Made by a program: the position numbers and the translations under genes
Part shown: piece after piece, positions 1-8,575 of the stretch
How positions within the stretch are numbered: position 1 is the first letter of the stretch
How the letters are laid out: each line of letters starts with the position of its first letter
DNA from: Bacteroidia bacterium
Lineage (GTDB): Bacteria > Bacteroidota > Bacteroidia > NS11-12g > UBA955
Direction: 5' to 3'
Assembly (NCBI GenBank): GCA_044224315.1
Contig: JBGAKR010000001.1
Span: 1,298,733 to 1,362,732 of the forward strand
Length of the DNA: 64,000 nucleotides
The notes under the pieces: generated by a model
The model's database searches: none
The model's input: only the letters and a program-made list of their open reading frames with translations
What the model was told of the DNA's origin: nothing

Positions 1-1219
1 TTTTGCGTTCTTCTCGATTATATTCATATTCAATTACCTCCCATTTCTCTTGTAGCACTTCATAAACTTCACCGTTTATTTCAACCTTTATTTTATCTTT
101 ACTCAAATCTTTTATTGAACCTATTGTACCATTCACCCATTTTCGGCCTGAATCATTTTTTAACATCATGATTTGAGCATCCTTTTTTAATTCAAGTATT
201 TCATTCGTAGGATAGGCACTTTTTTCAAAATATCCCTCAATTTTTGCCCTGTATTCGAACGAATGCGAGTTAATATGTTCCAGTCTTCTTGCATTCTCTG
301 AATCTGCAATTTTATTGGTGCTAGCCAATGTAATGAACATATCATCCTTTCCAGATTGAAAACCATGAACCACACGCTTGTTTAATGAAACAAGATCCTG
401 ATGATTAAAGCGTCCCACACGGATATTGTTTAGCAAACGAATAAACTCAGGATCTTTCTGACGAAATATTTCGTTTAGTTCAATGACTGAAAAATCAGCA
501 GCGCCTAAAGCTGGTAAACTGAAGAAATATGGGCTTTTAAAGTGAGTCTCGAAATATTCCCTGGAAGCATCATCTGCAACTACTGGTGGAAGCTGGTACA
601 AATCTCCAAAAAAGAGCATTTGAATACCACCAAATGGTAATTTGTTATTTCTGTATTTCTGCAATGAAAGATTGATTCCTTCCAATAAATCCACTCTTAC
701 CATCGATATCTCATCTATGATGATCATTTCCAAGGCTTCAAACAAATCTCTCTTTTGATTGTCTGTTCGGATATCCTCTTCTTTTATCAGCCGTGGAGGA
801 AATTTGAAAAACGAATGGATTGTTTGTCCCTGAACATTAATAGCCGCAATCCCAGTTGGCGCTAAAACCACATGATTCTTTTTCGTCTTCGTTTGAAAAT
901 AACGTAACAGCGTAGATTTACCTGTACCTGCCTTTCCGGTGATAAAAGCTGATTTATTCGTCTGCTCCATCAAATCAATCGCCGCCTGAAATTCTTCGGT
1001 AATAATCAGGTTCTCAGGAAGCTGGCTTTCAATTTTTGCTTTCTTTTTCTTATCAACTTTTACAACATTGATGATTTCATCATCTTTGTTTTTTATCGAA
1101 GTTTGAGTATTAGCTGGTTTCTTGGTTTTTGATTCTCTATTTCCCGAGGAATTACCAGACTTGCGTCCGACGATTCCTCCTAACACAAGTGAAGTTATGA
1201 TTGCAATTACGATCCACAT
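1..1219 (-). CDS. PIF1-family SF1B DNA helicase with N-terminal transmembrane anchor (C-terminus runs off the window edge)
   Basis: Reverse-strand translation from the ATG at 1217-1219 gives MWIVIAIITSLVLGGIVGRKSGNS... then a Walker A (GKAGTGKST), LAPTGIAAINVQGQTIHS, IIDEISMV, GGIQMLFFGDLYQLPPV and FRQKDPEFIRLLNNIRVG, which is the canonical PIF1/RRM3 motif order. The stop of the upstream methyltransferase lies 3 nt upstream. The gene is missing from the ORF track because no stop falls inside the window. Confidence 0.8.
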   Translation of the reverse strand, partial: MWIVIAIITSLVLGGIVGRKSGNSSGNRESKTKKPANTQTSIKNKDDEIINVVKVDKKKKAKIESQLPENLIITEEFQAAIDLMEQTNKSAFITGKAGTGKSTLLRYFQTKTKKNHVVLAPTGIAAINVQGQTIHSFFKFPPRLIKEEDIRTDNQKRDLFEALEMIIIDEISMVRVDLLEGINLSLQKYRNNKLPFGGIQMLFFGDLYQLPPVVADDASREYFETHFKSPYFFSLPALGAADFSVIELNEIFRQKDPEFIRLLNNIRVGRFNHQDLVSLNKRVVHGFQSGKDDMFITLASTNKIADSENARRLEHINSHSFEYRAKIEGYFEKSAYPTNEILELKKDAQIMMLKNDSGRKWVNGTIGSIKDLSKDKIKVEINGEVYEVLQEKWEVIEYEYNREERK

Positions 1220-1221
1220 AA

Positions 1222-3090
1222 TCAAATTGTTTTTATCAATCCCTTGTCACTCAACCTCAGCTTGTCCACATTGCTGATGGCACTGTCCAGGCAGATGAAG
1301 ATGTCTCCTCCCTTCAAATTCAGGGCTACCACGGTTTCAGATGCAATTTTTTCATCCAAACAAACCAGCAGGCTATGATCACAGTATTCGCTGCTCACCT
1401 TGCGGATGGAATTGCTCATGATCTCTTCCAGCGGGGTGATACTTGAACAAAGCGTGAACCCTTCGAGGAGCATGATTTCAGTGAGGAGGCCGTCTTTGTT
1501 TACTTCTTCTACCAACGGGTTGGTATTGAACATGCCGAGCTGACTTTCGAGGTATTCAATTGATTCTGTTTGTAATGATGAAAATGTTTTAAAATTTGTG
1601 TAATTATATCGAAATACGATAAAACCATATTTATTGTCTGCCTTGTGAATCACTTTTCGAATCCTTGCCTTTGAGATATCCGTAATCCTTGAATATCCTT
1701 CTTTGAAAGCTATTTTACCCTCTTCAATTAATTCAGGAATTTGTATAGAAATCATTTGGCGATTGCCATTATCTTCATTATTTAATTCAAATATTGCTTG
1801 ACTTGAGCTTCCAGAACCCGCAAAGAAATCTAAAAATATTCCTTTTTTTTCATCAGCATCATTGATTACCATTGAAAACAAATACTTAATCAGTTCAACC
1901 GGTTTAGGAAAATCAAATACCGGTTTATCAAAAATTAAATTAATTTCTTTAGTTCCATCCTGATTAAAAGGACCATTCATGATTGACAATGGTTTACCCA
2001 TGCGAATATTGCCCGCCTCATCTTTCAAGTATTGCTTAAATCTAACGCTAAATTTACCATTACTTTCCTTAATTACAATTTCATCATTTTCATAGGCTTT
2101 CATTAATCGTTCCTTTGACCAAATCCACTGTTTATCAGGCCATATTTCTATACCTTCATGTATTAATGGATACACCAAATTGGGCCTATCATCTTTACTT
2201 TTAGTAGCTAATGGTTGTGTAATATACCCCCCTCGTGTTGAATACTTTTCATCCTTTAATTTATAATTTTTTATTTCCTCATCTGTAAGTTTAGATGCAA
2301 TACTTTCAATGCTTCCCTTGCTGTAACATAAAATATACTCATGCAAATTACCAAAGCCTTTTGTTAAAGCACCTGGGCCATATTTATTTTTCCAAGTAAT
2401 TTGTTGTTGATAGTTCTCTTCTCCAAAAATCTCATTCATCACTGCTCGCAGGTTGTGCACCTCATTGTCGTCAATACTCACGAAGATTACCCCATCTTCA
2501 CGCAACAGGTTGCGGGCCAGGCGCAGGCGCGGATACATCATGCTCAGCCACTTGCTGTGGAAGCGGCCATCACTGCGCTTGTTGGTGGTCATCGGCTTGC
2601 CCTCCTCATCCACCTGCCCAGTGCGGCGCAGGTATTCCTGCAGGGGTTCGGTAAAATCATCGTCATACACGAAGTCGTTGCCGGTATTGTACGGGGGGTC
2701 AATATAGATCATCTTCACTTTGCCGGCATAGCTCTTCTGCAACAGTTTCAGTACTTCCAGGTTCTCGCCTTCAATGAAGATATTCTTACTGTCGTTAACC
2801 CCATCGGTATCAGGCGTGCCATCGGCTTTCAGTCCCTGCCCCCAAACTGGTTCCAGTGCTCCCTGCGGTGGGATGGCCGCTGCCTTTCGGGCATCGCGCT
2901 TGCCGGGCCAGAAGAGGCCAAAATGCTCCAGTTCCGGGTCTTCCTCATCCTGTGCCCAGTTGCCCAGGTTCTGCCTCAGGGTTTCAAAATTGATCTTGCC
3001 ATCTTCAAAACATTCCGGGGCAATCTGCTTCAATTGGGCAATTTTAGCTTCGTCAAAAAAGTAATGGGGGCGTAGTCTTTCGTGGGACAT
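1222..3090 (-). CDS. DNA methyltransferase, Type III Mod-like beta-class (N6-adenine/N4-cytosine)
   Basis: 622 aa. LEVLKLLQKSYAGKVKMIYIDPPYNTGNDFVYDDDF (motif IV, DPPY) lies near residue 130 and FLDFFAGSGSSSQA (motif I, FxGxG) near residue 420. The IV...TRD...I order and ~620 aa size are typical of Type III Mod subunits. Confidence 0.85.
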   Translation of the reverse strand: MSHERLRPHYFFDEAKIAQLKQIAPECFEDGKINFETLRQNLGNWAQDEEDPELEHFGLFWPGKRDARKAAAIPPQGALEPVWGQGLKADGTPDTDGVNDSKNIFIEGENLEVLKLLQKSYAGKVKMIYIDPPYNTGNDFVYDDDFTEPLQEYLRRTGQVDEEGKPMTTNKRSDGRFHSKWLSMMYPRLRLARNLLREDGVIFVSIDDNEVHNLRAVMNEIFGEENYQQQITWKNKYGPGALTKGFGNLHEYILCYSKGSIESIASKLTDEEIKNYKLKDEKYSTRGGYITQPLATKSKDDRPNLVYPLIHEGIEIWPDKQWIWSKERLMKAYENDEIVIKESNGKFSVRFKQYLKDEAGNIRMGKPLSIMNGPFNQDGTKEINLIFDKPVFDFPKPVELIKYLFSMVINDADEKKGIFLDFFAGSGSSSQAIFELNNEDNGNRQMISIQIPELIEEGKIAFKEGYSRITDISKARIRKVIHKADNKYGFIVFRYNYTNFKTFSSLQTESIEYLESQLGMFNTNPLVEEVNKDGLLTEIMLLEGFTLCSSITPLEEIMSNSIRKVSSEYCDHSLLVCLDEKIASETVVALNLKGGDIFICLDSAISNVDKLRLSDKGLIKTI

Positions 3091-3099
3091 TTCGGTTTT

Positions 3100-5094
3100 T
3101 TATTTCTTAAAAAAGTAAGTTTCGTTCATTCGTGTGTCTTCTGCTTCAAAGGAATCAACCTTGCGGAAGTTCTCCACCTTCTCTCCGGGTAATGCCCATC
3201 TTTTCAAGGCAAAATCTATCATTTCCATTTCACGTTTGTCATTCATCCGCATGGATATTTTTCTATAATACTCATGTGTTTTATTCCTCAGCTTCCGGTC
3301 TTCATTTAAGTATTTTACCGCTTTTTTCAAATGATCTTCAAGCGCCGTTACCTGTCGCAATTTGATCAGACTAGACTGGTTATTGATCAATTCATTCACT
3401 TTTTCCTCAATCAGTCCATTCTGCAATTCTATGTTCTTTGCCAGTCCCATCAGTACAAAATTGCCCAGTCTGCGTTTTTCATGATGATTTGGCTCAAAAT
3501 ACTGCTGTAGGTTCTTTGATGCCCAAATATGTTCAAGGCTCAGCACATCATTCAGCATGGAATCTTCATCGTCTTTACGAACCAGTATTTCCTCTATATC
3601 AAACCGGGTTTTAAAAGATTCCTGCAGGTGTTCTTCGAACGATGCCAGGAAATACCGTATTCCTCTCCAACGGTAAAAATCATCCTTCTCATCTTTATCC
3701 AGTGTCAACGCCTGTACAAATTTCTTTTCAGGACAATAGTATTCAACTAAGTCTCTCAGATTTGCCTTCACCCAGTCAAGATGATTTCCATCGATAATCT
3801 TACCCGTTTTTACGGTGTGATTGTCATAATAATCTACACTTTGTGTGGTGTCCCAACCTTTATTCTTGTCCCAATATAATGAATGTGCAAACCAGAAGAG
3901 GTTACCTTGTTCAGTATCTGCCCTACCTGTAATTTTATTCAATACATATAACCTGAAATTCACCTTTTCTATCCATTCCAAAAATTCAACAACCACATCC
4001 GGGCTGTCAAGATAGGTCATCAAAGCCAGATACAGTGGCAACACTGATGCCTTGCTAGGCTGACAACGAAGTCTCTTCAGCCAATTTGAAATATCCGCTT
4101 TCCGATGACCTGCATAGTGCACATTGAAATGGTGCTGATTGAGCAGATATGCATAATGAAGGGCAGAAACTTCCAGAAATTCGACAAAGGCAGTAATCCT
4201 TTTAATGTGCCCGTCAATTTTGAGCATAACGGTTTCACCGGATGGATGCAATTCCTTGAGATTGGCATAGACATTCCAGCTCTCTGCCTTGCTCGAATCG
4301 TAAAATACAATATAGCAGTTGCGCAAGAAACGGTTTTCAGCATCGTTATTTGTCACCCCGGCTTTGCTGAGGTAAATCTGGATATTTCCCCATCTGCTGT
4401 TTATTTCCTCCCGAAGTGAATCTCTGCCATAGACGGAAGTGAGATAGATGAAGTAATTCTTTATTTTTTCCAGTTCTGATAGTTCTTTTCCCCTGTTATT
4501 GATAACCTCAAACATGATTCCGATATCTTTGGTATTATTTGGGGCATAACAGAGGAAACCGAGTTTTTTCAGAACAGTATTCAGAATTTCATCAACATCG
4601 GTTTTTTTGTCATTCAGCCATTCATTGAAGAATTTTTTGGCCCCAAAGATGCATTCATGAGATTTGATTTCAGCGGTTTTTTCCTTATTGCCGATAATGG
4701 TATCGTGAAAGAAAGATTTTGTCTCTTCATTGGTAAGTAACACCGGTCTCTCTTTTCCGATACCGCCCCTTTGTATATATTTTTCGTAAAGCGATATGTA
4801 CTTAGTGCTGTTCTTTTGATAAATGCAATTGAGTAAAATAATAATGGTGGTTATCCGCTGCTGTCCGTCTACGATTTCATAGACATTATTACCATCATTG
4901 GCAGGTGTCAAAACAATGGTACCGGTATAATGACTGTAATCCTTTTTTGCAACTTTGATAATGTCCGCCTTAAAATCTGCCAATTGAGCATCTTCCCAGG
5001 AGTATCCCCGCTGATAATCCGGGATGACGAAGAAGTTTTCGCTGATGATTTCTTCAAAAGTGAGTAGTCTGGAGATAAAGTTATTCATTTTCAA
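3100..5094 (-). CDS. DUF262 (ParB/Srx-like, DGQQR) + DUF1524 (His-Me finger) GmrSD-family nuclease-like protein, copy 2
   Basis: 664 aa. N-terminus carries FVIPDYQRGYSWE ... IVDGQQRITTI; C-terminus carries LSLEHIWASKN...GNFVLMGLAKNIELQN (HNH-like DUF1524). It overlaps the downstream nuclease ORF by 14 nt and ends 9 nt before the methyltransferase start. Confidence 0.8.
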   Translation of the reverse strand: MKMNNFISRLLTFEEIISENFFVIPDYQRGYSWEDAQLADFKADIIKVAKKDYSHYTGTIVLTPANDGNNVYEIVDGQQRITTIIILLNCIYQKNSTKYISLYEKYIQRGGIGKERPVLLTNEETKSFFHDTIIGNKEKTAEIKSHECIFGAKKFFNEWLNDKKTDVDEILNTVLKKLGFLCYAPNNTKDIGIMFEVINNRGKELSELEKIKNYFIYLTSVYGRDSLREEINSRWGNIQIYLSKAGVTNNDAENRFLRNCYIVFYDSSKAESWNVYANLKELHPSGETVMLKIDGHIKRITAFVEFLEVSALHYAYLLNQHHFNVHYAGHRKADISNWLKRLRCQPSKASVLPLYLALMTYLDSPDVVVEFLEWIEKVNFRLYVLNKITGRADTEQGNLFWFAHSLYWDKNKGWDTTQSVDYYDNHTVKTGKIIDGNHLDWVKANLRDLVEYYCPEKKFVQALTLDKDEKDDFYRWRGIRYFLASFEEHLQESFKTRFDIEEILVRKDDEDSMLNDVLSLEHIWASKNLQQYFEPNHHEKRRLGNFVLMGLAKNIELQNGLIEEKVNELINNQSSLIKLRQVTALEDHLKKAVKYLNEDRKLRNKTHEYYRKISMRMNDKREMEMIDFALKRWALPGEKVENFRKVDSFEAEDTRMNETYFFKK

Positions 5095-5917
5095 ATATAT
5101 TGGTGTTATTCGAATTCTTCAGGTTTGCATTCACCCATTCTTCCTGATCGGAATCGTTTCCGTAATCATCAAAATATTTGCTGAAACTGCCTTTTTCTCC
5201 TTTTCCTTTGCCGAGTGCATACTCACGGTAAGATGAACAAGAGAAACGGGCATCGCAGTTGCGGCAGATGCGGGTGGCGAAGAGGGTGTTGCTGCCTGTC
5301 ATTTTGCTCTGTAGCACGTCCAGTGGTGCCGGATGGAACTTCTTGTCCTCGATGAGGTCCACCACGCGGGCAAACTCCATCACCGTCTCCTGCACCTTCT
5401 CCTGCCGGAACGGAATTGAGATGAGGGGTTGCCATTTAGCCATTTCGTACTGTATACGGAAATGATCGTTCACGAGGTAGGCTTGTTTGAGTGTTTGGGG
5501 AAATGCTGTCGATATGATGGCTGTCTGATCAAGCTCTTCGTGGCGTAGTTCCTGCCAGATATGCGCATAAACGTTTAACTGTTGTTCATATAGTTCCTTA
5601 TTTGCGGCAATGTATTCCGGGTCATGGGTTTTGATGTCGTACATCCAGGTTTCTTCGTCTTCACGAACGATATCCACCACCCCTTCGATGTTGAAAGTTC
5701 TGCCTTTAGTAGTTTTTTGGTCGGGCAACGAGAGCTTCACTTCTGTATCTGTAACCTTTTGGGCTGTATCTCGCATTTTCTGGTAATAGAAGAGCACCTG
5801 TGTAAGGGCGAGTTGCTTGATATCTTCAGTAATGCTGTGCCCTCCTTCGAGCCGCATCATTTCGTAGTTGTCTTCAAAAAACTCACGTATTTTTTCTACA
5901 ATCTCAAAATCTTCCAT
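5081..5917 (-). CDS. PD-(D/E)xK RecB/Cas4-like nuclease module (motifs II/III plus C-terminal CxxCx5C)
   Basis: 278 aa. IEGVVDIVREDEETWMYDIKTH matches RecB-family motifs II (hhhDhh) and III (DxK). The C-terminus ICRNCDARFSC is the C-X2-C-X5-C triad of Cas4/AddB-type Fe-S nuclease domains. There is no N-terminal cysteine; the corresponding motif sits at the C-terminus of the upstream helicase ORF. Confidence 0.6.
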   Translation of the reverse strand: MEDFEIVEKIREFFEDNYEMMRLEGGHSITEDIKQLALTQVLFYYQKMRDTAQKVTDTEVKLSLPDQKTTKGRTFNIEGVVDIVREDEETWMYDIKTHDPEYIAANKELYEQQLNVYAHIWQELRHEELDQTAIISTAFPQTLKQAYLVNDHFRIQYEMAKWQPLISIPFRQEKVQETVMEFARVVDLIEDKKFHPAPLDVLQSKMTGSNTLFATRICRNCDARFSCSSYREYALGKGKGEKGSFSKYFDDYGNDSDQEEWVNANLKNSNNTNIFENE

Positions 5918-8544
5918 CAGGCATGTGCTTGTTTTTTCTTCTTTTCAGAAATGAGGAGGTGGTGAAGGTCTTCGATGGTTTGATGCACCAGACTGCCGAA
6001 GAACATGGTTTGTGAACGGGAAGGAACGAATCCATATTTGCGGAAAATCATGTATTTGCGCGGACATTGCTGATAATTGAGAAAATCTGCAGTGTATGAA
6101 TAGTTCTTTCCGAGTTCATCAGATTCCGTCTGTGACTCCGGCAATTCATTTAGCTTTACCGCACTCAGATATGGCAAGTGATCCTGCGAAAGAATGTCAA
6201 TGAATTCCTGAGATGTATTGGTTTTTCCAAGGTTGAAATGCGGCAGAATCGTGAGTTGCTTAGCCCTTGAAAGTCCGACATAGAAGACACGCATCTTGTC
6301 GTAATTTTTGATCTTGTCGAGGGGTTCGCCATCTTTCTGCAACAAATCGCGAATGATTATTTCCACAGGGTCGGCTTCCCTCTCATCTTTACGGAGGCTA
6401 CCGAGAACCACATAGGGGAATTCAAGTCCTTTTGCCTGATGGATGGTGAGGAAAGGTACTCGACCTTTCGGGAATGGATCTTCTTTATCTTCGAATTCGG
6501 ATTCACCCAGGCGGTAGATGGCATAGAGATAGGAACCGACGAATGTATTGATGTATTTATCATCTAGCAGGAATGATGCTGTGATGATGGCAGTGTACTG
6601 TTCCATGAAACGGGCCAGGTAATCGGTTATCATCCCAAGATTGATTACAGGGCCTTCATCGGTGCCATCTTCTGCAAGTTTGAACATCTGCTGAAAATGC
6701 CGGAACCCGTTTAATTGATAAAATAAGTCGAGGATGCTCCAGTCGAGACTGGTGACCCTGTTGATGACATAATTCAACTGAAAGGGTTGGCCAGCTTTTT
6801 CCCTGTTTTGAAGAATATAGATAAAATTCTGTTTTTGCAGCGTTGCCTTGCACTTACTGCTCAAACCAGATGCAGAAGCCAATGTGCGGAGCATCTCCAG
6901 TTTTACAGGCTTCTTCAGGTCCCATTTCTGTTTTGCCACTACTTTCATCAGGGCTTCATAATCGGCGCTGATGGCAGCAATATCCGCTTTTCTATCCTTT
7001 ATATAATCCGTCAACTGTGCATCAGCACCCATCAATTCTTTTGCAATTTCCAGACACTCCAATTGCCATGACCTGAATTCTTTTAAACCAGGACTGGCAG
7101 CACCCGCATGACTGGGTCTTCCTAATACTGAAAATATAAGTCCAAATATTTCCTTAGACTCCTGAACATCTAGAAATCTACCAGCTCGCGGCGCAAAAAC
7201 CTTGATGCCCAATTCATTTAATGCTTTTTCAAAAGCTTCTACTTTTGAGGATTTCTTCCCCTGTCCCTTTAGCGAAGGAAATAGGAATGCCACTTGATTG
7301 TAATCCTGGATTCTACCGGATTTTTTGAGATCATAAACAAACTGTGCGATATTTCCACAAACCTCTTCTTTCTGACCCATTGGTGTTCTGACAACCGCAG
7401 GAAAATCAGACTGATTATGGGGTATAATGTTCTTGTCCATCACCCGGTAATGTCCGGTTCCATCAGGTTTTTCCCAATCTGTCCGTAGAATAAAATCGTT
7501 ATAAAAATGAACAATGTTTCGCATTGAACGGTAGTTCGTATTCAGTGCTATTTTTTTTGGTTTTACACCAAGATATTTCATGCAGCGATCCTCAAACTCA
7601 ACTAGATTCTCAACAGTAGCGCCTCGAAAACGGTAAAGTGCCTGGTCGTCATCTCCCACCACACAGATATTCTTTGATTTTCTGGCTAATTCAAAATAGA
7701 TCTGTTCCTGTATGGCGTTGGTATCCTGATATTCATCTACAATGATGTGTTCATAAACACTACCGGAATGTTCAAAGGCATTGATCTTATTAAATGCCTT
7801 TTGTTGCAACAATGAGAAGTCTACAGTCTGTATTTTATCAGATTGTACAAGACTGCTACAGTAGAATTCATACATCTTGATCAGCTGATTCAGAAAGTCA
7901 TCAGCAGAGTTCACTTTTTTAGAATCCAGATTTTCTTCACTGAAACGATTAAAAAGTTTAATGATGGCGAGAACCGCATTATGCCGGGAATTGGACTTCT
8001 TCCCAGTTAAAAACTTGGTAATAGCTTCCTGTGCGATAATCTGTTCCGCTTCAGTATCTTCACCTTTGTGAAACCCGCCTGCAGTCAACATCTCTACCCA
8101 AAAACGGCGATTGTATAGTTTGAAATACTGCGCCAATTCATCCATTAGCACAGGTGCGCGGCCCCTGATGCCATCGTGTGTAAATCTCCTGTTGGAATCC
8201 ACCAGTATTCCCTGACAGATTGAGTGAACCGTGCCAATGGACATGTTGGTGATATCATATGCAACTCCGGTCTCGTTCGTGATTGAACCTAACAAGCCAC
8301 GTAGTCCTTCTTTAAGTTGGTGTGCCGCTTTTTCTGTAAAAGTAGCTAAAAATATATGAGATGGATCGACCTTTTCCCATACTATGAGGTTTACTGTCCT
8401 CCAAAGTAGTACCCGGGTTTTACCGGAACCGGGGCCGGCAGTCAAAAAAAGCGGACCATCTTTATGAAGAATTGCTGCCCGCTGGCTTTCGTTAGGATTG
8501 AATCCCTTTAATTGCCAGAAGAATTCAATTGGTGGTAAATGCAT
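5917..8544 (-). CDS. UvrD/Rep-family SF1A helicase with C-terminal tail carrying the first motif of a Cas4-like nuclease domain
   Basis: 875 aa. Walker A LTAGPGSGKTRVL, FLATFTEKAAHQL, HIIVDEYQDTNAIQ, VVGDDDQALYRFRGA. The tail ...YSYTADFLNYQQCPRKYMIFRKYGF...FFGSLVHQTIEDL resembles the Cas4/AddB N-terminal YxxCPRxY ... GxxhHxxhE motif. The stop overlaps the next ORF's start as TGATG. Confidence 0.85.
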   Translation of the reverse strand: MHLPPIEFFWQLKGFNPNESQRAAILHKDGPLFLTAGPGSGKTRVLLWRTVNLIVWEKVDPSHIFLATFTEKAAHQLKEGLRGLLGSITNETGVAYDITNMSIGTVHSICQGILVDSNRRFTHDGIRGRAPVLMDELAQYFKLYNRRFWVEMLTAGGFHKGEDTEAEQIIAQEAITKFLTGKKSNSRHNAVLAIIKLFNRFSEENLDSKKVNSADDFLNQLIKMYEFYCSSLVQSDKIQTVDFSLLQQKAFNKINAFEHSGSVYEHIIVDEYQDTNAIQEQIYFELARKSKNICVVGDDDQALYRFRGATVENLVEFEDRCMKYLGVKPKKIALNTNYRSMRNIVHFYNDFILRTDWEKPDGTGHYRVMDKNIIPHNQSDFPAVVRTPMGQKEEVCGNIAQFVYDLKKSGRIQDYNQVAFLFPSLKGQGKKSSKVEAFEKALNELGIKVFAPRAGRFLDVQESKEIFGLIFSVLGRPSHAGAASPGLKEFRSWQLECLEIAKELMGADAQLTDYIKDRKADIAAISADYEALMKVVAKQKWDLKKPVKLEMLRTLASASGLSSKCKATLQKQNFIYILQNREKAGQPFQLNYVINRVTSLDWSILDLFYQLNGFRHFQQMFKLAEDGTDEGPVINLGMITDYLARFMEQYTAIITASFLLDDKYINTFVGSYLYAIYRLGESEFEDKEDPFPKGRVPFLTIHQAKGLEFPYVVLGSLRKDEREADPVEIIIRDLLQKDGEPLDKIKNYDKMRVFYVGLSRAKQLTILPHFNLGKTNTSQEFIDILSQDHLPYLSAVKLNELPESQTESDELGKNYSYTADFLNYQQCPRKYMIFRKYGFVPSRSQTMFFGSLVHQTIEDLHHLLISEKKKKQAHA

Positions 8545-8575
8545 TCAGTAAATAAATTAAAAGTCTAAAATGTGC

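Noticed and set aside
187-375. 62-aa minus-strand ORF
   Set aside because: It is an alternative frame inside the PIF1-like helicase gene.
2401-3075. 224-aa plus-strand ORF
   Set aside because: It is antisense inside the methyltransferase gene and has no motif support.
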